Positions 1 through 6,899 of a stretch of DNA of 18,234 nucleotides are shown here, in pieces. The notes under the pieces were generated by a model. That model saw nothing but the letters and a program-made list of their open reading frames with translations, made no database searches and was not told where the DNA came from. The translations under genes were made by a program, and so were the position numbers. Source of the stretch: Clostridia bacterium (GTDB lineage Bacteria > Bacillota > Clostridia > UMGS1883); the NCBI GenBank assembly GCA_051866635.1, contig JBJDXJ010000012.1:1-18234 (forward strand), read 5' to 3'. Every line of letters starts with the position of its first letter. Position 1 is the first letter of the stretch.

Positions 1-9
1 GGTGACTGT

Positions 10-537
10 TTATGTGTCTGCTTCTGTAGTTGGTTCTGTTTCAGGCTCTGTTTCTTCTTTGGTTGGCTGTGTTTCCGTTTCCTTATTTTCCTCTTCGTCA
101 TCAGGTGAATTTTGTCCGAAAATAATAAGCTTAATTGTTTCAACAATAGGCTGGAAATCTTCATTAATCACGCCGTCCATACCGTCAACAACAGCTTCAG
201 GGAACGCCGCTATCAAAGCATCTCTCACCTTAATGTTTTTACGGAGAGCAATAGCAGCATTAATTCCTTCAATGAGATATCCTTCAAAATTGTCTTCTGT
301 GATTTCATCATTAACATTCAACAAATATTCCTGGACACTTTCAAGAAATGTTATAATCTGTTTTTCACTTACATCTTGTGCCAAAACCCGACTTACAAAA
401 TCAGGGTACATTGCCGCACATTCATCGTATGCATCTTCAATTGAAACATCAAGGCCTGCAAAAGCAACAGGGACACATGTTGTAATAATCATAAGTGCTA
501 CAACCAAAGCTGTAAGTTTTTTTAAAATTTTAATCAT
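10..537 (-). CDS. Secreted acidic protein of unknown function (signal peptide, helical domain, E/T/P-rich tail)
   Basis: ORF 10..597 re-started at ATG 537 (MIKILKKLTALVVALMIITTCVPVAFA, a typical Sec signal) after the SD-like GAAAGGATGG. It ends in ETETQPTKEETEPETEPTTEADT followed by TAA. Confidence 0.75.
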   Translation of the reverse strand: MIKILKKLTALVVALMIITTCVPVAFAGLDVSIEDAYDECAAMYPDFVSRVLAQDVSEKQIITFLESVQEYLLNVNDEITEDNFEGYLIEGINAAIALRKNIKVRDALIAAFPEAVVDGMDGVINEDFQPIVETIKLIIFGQNSPDDEEENKETETQPTKEETEPETEPTTEADT

Positions 538-612
538 GGTATAATCCATCCTTTCAGTTATTCCCTTCCACACATATAAACAAACTGTAAGTACCATGTC
601 ACTATAGATAAG

Positions 613-641
613 TCAAGGGTTGCAATATATGCAACCCTTGA
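613..641 (-). terminator. Hairpin downstream of the large SLH gene (probable terminator or 3' stabiliser)
   Basis: Perfect 12-bp stem TCAAGGGTTGCA-atata-TGCAACCCTTGA, 11 nt past the stop codon. The U-tract is weak, so read-through is possible. Confidence 0.65.
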
Positions 642-652
642 TAAAACCTAAA

Positions 653-3600
653 TTATTCTAAAACTTCAGGCCATGCTCTCGCAAGGAGTGTACATGCTTC
701 TGCTCTTGTTGTAAACTTCTGAGGTCTGTAAGAGCCATCTTCATAACCTGTGATAAGGCCGTTAGTTACTGCGGCATCCATTTCGCCGTCGAACCACCAG
801 CTGATATCTTCAGCATCTGTAAATACATCCTTAGCACCGTCTTCAGCCGCTACCCAAACAGCACTCTTAGCTCTTGCTATAATTGCAACTGCCTGTTCAC
901 GAGTGATGTTGTCGTTAGGTCCGAATGTACCGTCACCGTAACCACGAGTCATACCGTAGCCTTCGGGAAGTGACATTGTAGCAATGATGCCTTCTGCCCA
1001 GTGACCTACTGTATCATCGTAAAGCACACCGTCTTCTGCTTCTTCAAGTCCAAGAATTCTGTATACAAGTGCGGAGAATTCAGCTCTTGTGATGTTCTGA
1101 TCGGGACGGAACAAGCCATCGGGATAACCGTTAATATAACCGTTAATTGTCATCTGGTCAATTGTTTCATGAGCCCAGTGAGCTTCTATATCAGGCCACT
1201 GACACTTATGAACTACAGTTTCTCCCTTATCGGAAGGAGTACTTATAGTACTGCCGGAGGATACCTTAACTGTAATTGTCTTTGAATCAACTGCTTCACC
1301 GTTTACATAAAGTGTAGCAACAACTTCTGTTGTACCCTTTGCAAGTCTTTCAATTGTAGCTGTGCTTGCACCGTTTTCTGCTACAGCAACTTCTGTAATA
1401 TTAAGGATTGTGCCGTCTGCCAATGTCCATTCTACTAATACAGTTGCATCTGCAGGTGTAACATTCTGAGGTGTTACTGTAATCTGTATTGTCTTTCCAA
1501 CCTTTACATATCTTGTGGAAGAACCTGCAAGGGCAAGTTTACCGCTTACTGTAGGTTCTGTAGGTTCAGAAGGTTCTGTGGGTTCTGTGGGTTCAGATTC
1601 TTCAATAATTGTGAAGTTAACTCTGTCTTCAGCTTTGTCTGTACCAACAACTACTTCGTATACATCACCTACAACTGCACCGTCAGGAATATTAATTTCA
1701 ATACCTGCTGCAAGTTCAGCCTTTGTATATACTACTGCGTAGATTGTTTCGCCACCCTTAACGATTGATACTGTTACGTGTTCAAGGTTTGTTGTACCCT
1801 TTACTGTAATTGTCTCATCGCTAAGCTTTACATCACCTATTTCTTCAAGGTCAACCGCATATACTACAGATTCGTCAACGATTGTGAAGTTAACTCTGTC
1901 TTCAGCTTTGTCTGTACCAACAACTACTTCGTATACATCGCCTACAACTGCACCGTCAGGGATATTAATTTCAATACCTGCTGCAAGTTCAGCCTTTGTA
2001 TATACTACTGCGTAAATTGTTTCGCTACCCTTAACGATTGATACTGTTACGTGTTCAAGGTTTGTTTCACCCTTTACTGTAATTGTCTCATCGCTAAGCT
2101 TTACGTCACCTATTTCTTCAAGGTCAACCACATATACTACAGATTCGTCAACGATTGTGAAGTTAACTCTGTCTTCAGCCTTGTCTGTACCAACAACTAC
2201 TTCGTATACATCACCTACAACTGCACCGTCAGGGATATTAATTTCAATACCTGCTGCAAGTTCAGCCTTTGTATATACTACTGCGTAAATTGTTTCGCTA
2301 CCCTTAACGATTGATACTGTTACGTGTTCAAGGTTTGTTTCACCCTTTACTGTAATTGTCTTATCGCTAAGCTTTACGTCGCCGATTTCTTCAAGGTCAA
2401 CCACATATACTACAGGTTCGCCTACAGCCTTAACTGTATATGTTGTTACATAACGATATTCATCTTCTACAAAATCGTCAACGCCGTCAACATCTTCATC
2501 GGAGTAACCACGGTAAAGATTGATTACAATTTCGTCTCCGATTTCAGCATTTGTCGCATCAAGATTGATAATACCAATCTCATTAGCTGCAACTGCGTCA
2601 ATTCCTGTACCTGAAACAACTTCAACATCGAACTGTGCGAAAGAAGGAAGTCCTGAAATAACTTCACTAATTGAAGGATATCTGTCATGAGCAAATGTCA
2701 ATTCAATAGTGTCTTTTTTACCTGCTTCAATTTCGATTACACTGTTCATAGCAGGACGGAGAAGCACTCTTCCCATGTAAACATCAGTATGAACAAGTTC
2801 AACACCGTGATTTGCGTCAAGCAAAGCCATTATGCTCTTTGCCTTTCCTATCATGGATGTACGGATTGTTTCAATTTCGTCCTTTTCAAAACCTATTGCT
2901 CCAAGTTTTTCAATAGGTTCAGCCATGAAGTCCAAATCTTCAACATACTCAGAAACAGTACTCATAACATCGTAAATTGCATTGATGGCAACTTCATTGG
3001 AACCGTCCAATATCTGTGTTCCCTTTGCTTGTGCAATTTTCGTGATAAGTTCTCTCTTGTCAAGTGTTACAAGAGCTGATCTTAATTCAGGAATGATATT
3101 AATATAATATCTGATAAGATCTTCACCCAGCAAAAGGAAGCTGGATTTCAATGTTTTGTCATCAATTTCATCAAATATTGCATCGCCACGTACTCTTTCA
3201 TTGCAAGCAATTTCAATGCCAATCTGCTGAACGTCAAGGATGCTTTCAGCAATAAGTTCGATTACATCGTTCTTTAAGTAATCTTTGAACTTAGCTTCAT
3301 CAACTGTGTATGCGGGCAAACCTGTTTCAGCCAGTGCAGCTTCGGCATAAACATTAAACTTGTCTGCATCTGCACCTGTTACTGCAGCACCGTCATTATA
3401 CATCATAGCAAGTTCAATGTAGTACTGACTCAACTGAGCTGAATATCCGCCTAATCCGTTAAGAGCTTCGTTAGGACGGGAAGCAGAAATTGCTTCGTCA
3501 TTATCCTTTTCAAATTCAGTAAAGTTCTCAAGCCACAGTTCATAAGTAGGATCGTCAACGCTTACATCCACATTGCCTTCCATGATATCTCTCATAATCT

Positions 3601-3931
3601 TCCACTTGTAGAGATCCTTCATGCTGTCAGTGGCTAAGAATTCATCTCCGCCTGCGTTAACAATTGTCTCAGCAGTTTGATAAACAATGTCTTTGATTTC
3701 GTCAGCCTTCGCATTGTAATTAGCATATGCATTTGCGATAACAGCTAACTGTTCTTCGGTCATAGCATTAAACTGAGCTTCCTGCCAGTCCCATGCTCTT
3801 TCTGTGTAGAGTCCGATTGAATCCTGCAAGGATGCCATAAGCTCAACATCTTCCTCTGCTACTGCAAAGCCGGGAAGAATTGTTACGCACATTGCGATTG
3901 CAAGAATAAGACTCAAAATACGTCTTTTCAT
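653..3931 (-). CDS. S-layer homology (SLH) domain cell-surface protein, 1092 aa, with three tandem 91-aa beta-rich repeats and an Ig-like domain
   Basis: Signal peptide MKRRILSLILAIAMCVTILPGFAVA. Three C-terminal SLH motifs (GYPDGLFRPDQNITRAEF, GYGDGTFGPNDNITREQA, GYEDGSYRPQKFTTRAEA). EPT linker. SD AAGGAAGGTG. Confidence 0.92.
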   Translation of the reverse strand: MKRRILSLILAIAMCVTILPGFAVAEEDVELMASLQDSIGLYTERAWDWQEAQFNAMTEEQLAVIANAYANYNAKADEIKDIVYQTAETIVNAGGDEFLATDSMKDLYKWKIMRDIMEGNVDVSVDDPTYELWLENFTEFEKDNDEAISASRPNEALNGLGGYSAQLSQYYIELAMMYNDGAAVTGADADKFNVYAEAALAETGLPAYTVDEAKFKDYLKNDVIELIAESILDVQQIGIEIACNERVRGDAIFDEIDDKTLKSSFLLLGEDLIRYYINIIPELRSALVTLDKRELITKIAQAKGTQILDGSNEVAINAIYDVMSTVSEYVEDLDFMAEPIEKLGAIGFEKDEIETIRTSMIGKAKSIMALLDANHGVELVHTDVYMGRVLLRPAMNSVIEIEAGKKDTIELTFAHDRYPSISEVISGLPSFAQFDVEVVSGTGIDAVAANEIGIINLDATNAEIGDEIVINLYRGYSDEDVDGVDDFVEDEYRYVTTYTVKAVGEPVVYVVDLEEIGDVKLSDKTITVKGETNLEHVTVSIVKGSETIYAVVYTKAELAAGIEINIPDGAVVGDVYEVVVGTDKAEDRVNFTIVDESVVYVVDLEEIGDVKLSDETITVKGETNLEHVTVSIVKGSETIYAVVYTKAELAAGIEINIPDGAVVGDVYEVVVGTDKAEDRVNFTIVDESVVYAVDLEEIGDVKLSDETITVKGTTNLEHVTVSIVKGGETIYAVVYTKAELAAGIEINIPDGAVVGDVYEVVVGTDKAEDRVNFTIIEESEPTEPTEPSEPTEPTVSGKLALAGSSTRYVKVGKTIQITVTPQNVTPADATVLVEWTLADGTILNITEVAVAENGASTATIERLAKGTTEVVATLYVNGEAVDSKTITVKVSSGSTISTPSDKGETVVHKCQWPDIEAHWAHETIDQMTINGYINGYPDGLFRPDQNITRAEFSALVYRILGLEEAEDGVLYDDTVGHWAEGIIATMSLPEGYGMTRGYGDGTFGPNDNITREQAVAIIARAKSAVWVAAEDGAKDVFTDAEDISWWFDGEMDAAVTNGLITGYEDGSYRPQKFTTRAEACTLLARAWPEVLE
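1608..2414. repeat. Intragenic tandem repeat, ~3 x 273 bp (91 aa)
   Basis: Unit start ATTGTGAAGTTAACTCTGTCTTCAGC recurs at 1608, 1881 and 2154. The protein repeat is VVYxVDLEEIGDVKLSD...DKAEDRVNFTI. Confidence 0.97.
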
Positions 3932-4012
3932 AGTTGCACCTTCCTTTTATTTAAATAAAATTAAATACTTTTTTTGTGTATTCTTCGACACTGCCCGAAA
4001 ATACACAATAGC

Positions 4013-4041
4013 ATTATACCACGACATTGGAACCATTTCAA
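4013..4041 (-). promoter_or_regulatory. SigA-type promoter of the SLH gene
   Basis: Minus strand TTGAAA-N17-TATAAT with a TG extended -10. Confidence 0.75.
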
Positions 4042-4104
4042 GTATTTTATTTGTTTTTTTTTGCTTTCCAAAAATTTTTTCTCATTTATATGAGTATTTT
4101 TCTA

Positions 4105-4133
4105 TTTACAATGTGCTGTTTTTGTGGTAAAAT
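4105..4133 (+). promoter_or_regulatory. SigA-type promoter of pruA
   Basis: TTTACA-N17-TAAAAT with a TG extended -10, divergent from the SLH promoter. Confidence 0.65.
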
Positions 4134-4189
4134 ATACTGAAAATAATTTAATTAATGCTTTTTTAAATTTTTTACATCTGGAGGTACAT

Positions 4190-5746
4190 ATGAACAGAAT
4201 TTTTGTTAACGAACCTGAGTTTGATTTTTCCCTTCCGGAGCAGAAAGCCGCCATCGAAAGTGCTATAGCTTCCGTTGAGGCAGAGCTTGGAAAAGATTAC
4301 CCTTTGGTAATCGGCGGTGAAAAAATCTTCACAGAAAAGAAAATCACATCCATCAACCCTTGTAAAAAGAGCGAAGTTGTAGGTTATGCATCTTCCGCAT
4401 CGAAGGAACAGGCAGATCAGGCTATCCGTGTTGCTTATGACACATATGAAGAATGGCGTCTCGTTCCCACAAAGGTAAGAGTTGACTATGTAATGCGTCT
4501 TATCGGCATTTTGCAGAAACGTCGTTACGAAATCGCCGCATGGATGATTCTTGAAACAGGTAAGAACTTCGGTGAAGCTGATGGTGAAATCTGTGAAGCA
4601 ATTGACTTTTTTAACGCTTACGCCCAGGGTGCTGTTTATCTTGAAGAACATCCCGTTCCTCTTGTTGAATCAAAAACAGAAAATAACCGTGCAGAATACC
4701 GTCCCATTGGCGTAGGTTTGGTAATTCCTCCTTGGAACTTCCCCTTCTCCATTATGGCAGGTATGGTAATAAGTGCCGTTGTTACAGGTAATACAGTATG
4801 CATTAAGCCCGCAAGTGACTCCCCCATTACAACATGCAAGTTTGTCCAGATGTGTGAAGAAGCCGGAATTCCTCAGGGCGTTATTAACCTTATCCCCGGT
4901 TCAGGCTCCGAAATCGGTGACTTTGTTGTTGATCATCCCCTTACACGCTTTATCAACTTCACAGGAAGTAAGGCAGTAGGTCTCAGAATTGCGGAAAGAG
5001 CCGCTAAGGTTAACGAAGGTCAGAAGTGGATTAAGAGAGTTATCGCTGAAATGGGCGGTAAGAATGCAATCGTTGTTGACTCCTCTGCTGACTTGAGATG
5101 GGCGGCAAAGCAGGCAGCTGCAGCGGCATTCTCTTTCCAAGGTCAGAAGTGTTCAGCTTGTAGCCGTGCAATTGTACTTTCCGATGTATATGATGAATTC
5201 CTGGAATACTTCAAGGAAGAAGCAGAAGCTTTCGTTCAGGGCGAAGGTAAGGATAACGCTTCCATCTGTGCAGTTATCAATCAGGCTTCCTTCGATAAGA
5301 TTGCAAAAATGATTGAAACAGGTAAAACAGAAGGCAGACTTATTACAGGCGGTACATATGACGATTCTGTCGGTTACTATGTAAAGCCCACAATTATTGC
5401 CGATGTTGACCCAACTACAAGCATTATTGCCAATCAGGAAATTTTCGGACCCGTTGTTGCTGTAATGAAGGTTGACACATTTGAAGATGCAATCGACCTT
5501 GCAAACGCTACAGAATACGGTCTTACAGGTTCTGTATTCTCTGCAAGCCGCGAAAACATTGAATATGCAAAGGATAACTTCTTTGTAGGTAACCTCTATA
5601 TCAACCGCAAGTGTACAGGTGCTGTTGTTTACAACCATCCCTTCGGCGGATACAACATGAGTGGTACTACTGCAAAGACAGGCACCGTGGATTATCTCTA
5701 CAATTTTGTACAGCTTAAATCCATTTCCGAAAACGTGGTATATTAA
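4190..5746 (+). CDS. pruA: L-glutamate gamma-semialdehyde (1-pyrroline-5-carboxylate) dehydrogenase, RocA/PruA type
   Basis: ALDH motifs IPPWNFP, FTGSKAVG, IAEMGGKN, FQGQKCSACSR, EIFGPV, PFGGYNMSG. RocA-type features are the N-terminal F.NEP..DFS and GQKWIKRVIAEMGGK. Start moved to ATG 4190 after GGAGGT. Confidence 0.92.
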   Translation: MNRIFVNEPEFDFSLPEQKAAIESAIASVEAELGKDYPLVIGGEKIFTEKKITSINPCKKSEVVGYASSASKEQADQAIRVAYDTYEEWRLVPTKVRVDYVMRLIGILQKRRYEIAAWMILETGKNFGEADGEICEAIDFFNAYAQGAVYLEEHPVPLVESKTENNRAEYRPIGVGLVIPPWNFPFSIMAGMVISAVVTGNTVCIKPASDSPITTCKFVQMCEEAGIPQGVINLIPGSGSEIGDFVVDHPLTRFINFTGSKAVGLRIAERAAKVNEGQKWIKRVIAEMGGKNAIVVDSSADLRWAAKQAAAAAFSFQGQKCSACSRAIVLSDVYDEFLEYFKEEAEAFVQGEGKDNASICAVINQASFDKIAKMIETGKTEGRLITGGTYDDSVGYYVKPTIIADVDPTTSIIANQEIFGPVVAVMKVDTFEDAIDLANATEYGLTGSVFSASRENIEYAKDNFFVGNLYINRKCTGAVVYNHPFGGYNMSGTTAKTGTVDYLYNFVQLKSISENVVY

Positions 5747-5751
5747 TTTTC

Positions 5752-5931
5752 ATACTGAAAGAGGCTGTAAAAAAAGTCTCTGAAGAAATAAGTTAAGACC
5801 ATTTGGGACAGTCCCCCTTATGGCAAATTGGGAGACAATTTGCCAAAGAAACCTCTAAAGGTTTTGTTGGGACAGTCCCGAAATGGTCTTTTTGTTATCT
5901 CAGTGTTGACTTTTTTACAGCCCTTTTGTAT
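5752..5931. repeat. Nested palindromic REP/REPIN- or MITE-like element between convergent genes
   Basis: Outer IR GGCTGTAAAAAA (5763-5774) / TTTTTTACAGCC (5911-5922). Inner IR AAGACCATTT / AAATGGTCTT. Two GGGACAGTCCC palindromes and two central hairpins. Confidence 0.7.
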
Positions 5932-5938
5932 ATCATTT

Positions 5939-6670
5939 TTAAATTTCCGGCTTAAAGGTGGGCATAAGCTGTAATTTAAACAAATTCATCTTATGCATCC
6001 TGTCGATTTTAGCCTTCTTTTCTTCATCATCAATAACGCCTTCACGGATGTATCTGTCAAGTTCGGCATAAGTAAAGCCAAGGTTATCTTCGTCAGTTTT
6101 TCCGCATAACCCGTCAATGGGCGTCTTTTCCACAAGGTCACTCGGCAAACCCAAAACACGACCGATAGCTTTTACTTCCTGAACAGTAAGATTTGCAAGA
6201 GGCGAAAAGTCCCCTGCTCCGTCACCGTAACGTGTAGCATATCCTACGTAGTCCTCGGAAAGGTTACAAGTATTAACCACTCTGCCGTTACAGCACTGGC
6301 TTACAGCATAGACAACGCTCATGCGTATTCTGGGAGGAAGATTAATTCTTGCCTGAGCATTAATAACCAAGTCCTTATCCATAGCATTCCAGACGCCTTC
6401 CACAGCATCCTTTATATTGACAACATATTTTTTTATGCCCAGATGGTCACATAATTTATGTGAACAGTCAATATCAAACTGGTCACCGCAAGGCATAAGC
6501 ACACCGATAACCCTGTCCTTGCCGAGAGCTTCAACACAAAGTGCCGCCGATACTGAAGAATCCTTACCCCCTGAAATACCTAAAACAGCATTACAGCCCG
6601 GACCGTTTTCTTCAAAAAACTTTCTTATCCATTCAACGCAATCATTTTTAACCTTCACAGCATCAAACAT
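5939..6670 (-). CDS. nadE: NH3-dependent NAD+ synthetase (no glutaminase domain)
   Basis: PP-loop GISGGKDSS, then NLPPRIRM, NTCNLSEDYVGYATRYGDGAGD and KTPIDGL...TDEDNLGFTY. Start at ATG 6670, 6 nt after GGAG. Confidence 0.93.
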   Translation of the reverse strand: MFDAVKVKNDCVEWIRKFFEENGPGCNAVLGISGGKDSSVSAALCVEALGKDRVIGVLMPCGDQFDIDCSHKLCDHLGIKKYVVNIKDAVEGVWNAMDKDLVINAQARINLPPRIRMSVVYAVSQCCNGRVVNTCNLSEDYVGYATRYGDGAGDFSPLANLTVQEVKAIGRVLGLPSDLVEKTPIDGLCGKTDEDNLGFTYAELDRYIREGVIDDEEKKAKIDRMHKMNLFKLQLMPTFKPEI

Positions 6671-6862
6671 AATAATCTCCATTCCGCCGCCCTGCCAAGG
6701 CACAAATAGTAATTAAATTTCTCTTATCCGCAGGGCAAGGAATGATAAGAGATTATTACGCCCATGTGCGTTTTTAAGGCAACGCCTCGGAAAATTTCGC
6801 ACGGGCAATTAAATCTGCCTGAGGCATAACGTGAAAGGAACTTTCACGTTATCATCTCCTCC
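6671..6862 (-). promoter_or_regulatory. Structured 5' leader of nadE (candidate riboswitch or translational attenuator)
   Basis: A 12-bp hairpin at 6826-6852, a stem 6798-6806/6760-6770, an SD-sequestering helix 6730-6757/6671-6695 and a competing hairpin 6744-6752/6720-6728. Confidence 0.6.
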
Positions 6863-6867
6863 TCCAC

Positions 6868-6896
6868 ATTATAGCACAAGGATAATGAGTTTTCAA
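6868..6896 (-). promoter_or_regulatory. SigA-type promoter of nadE
   Basis: Minus strand TTGAAA-N17-TATAAT with a TG extended -10, immediately after the stop of the upstream gene. Confidence 0.78.
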
Positions 6897-6899
6897 TGC

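Noticed and set aside
2-544. Plus-strand 180-aa Ser-rich ORF and the other antisense or nested ORFs in the track (e.g. 4172-4651, 5153-5638, 13807-14334, 16403-16852, 17025-17348)
   Set aside because: They overlap well-supported genes on the opposite strand or frame, and their composition mirrors the codon bias of the real gene.
1778-2614. Three similar Cys/Phe-rich plus-strand ORFs (1778, 2051, 2324) resembling a peptide array
   Set aside because: They are antisense shadows of the 273-bp repeat in the SLH gene and have no SDs.
4124-4189. Longer GTG start for pruA
   Set aside because: It overlaps the predicted -10 box. ATG 4190 has the SD GGAGGT and gives a RocA-like N-terminus.
6671-6703. 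N-terminal extension MPWQGGGMEII of NadE in the ORF track
   Set aside because: There is no SD before GTG 6703. These codons are the 3' strand of the leader helix and contain the real SD (GGAG) for ATG 6670.
6671-6862. T-box or known riboswitch class (SAM, TPP, FMN, c-di-GMP, purine) for the nadE leader
   Set aside because: I found no T-box GGTGGNACC, no U-tract terminator and none of the hallmark motifs I can recognise by eye; an Rfam scan is still needed.
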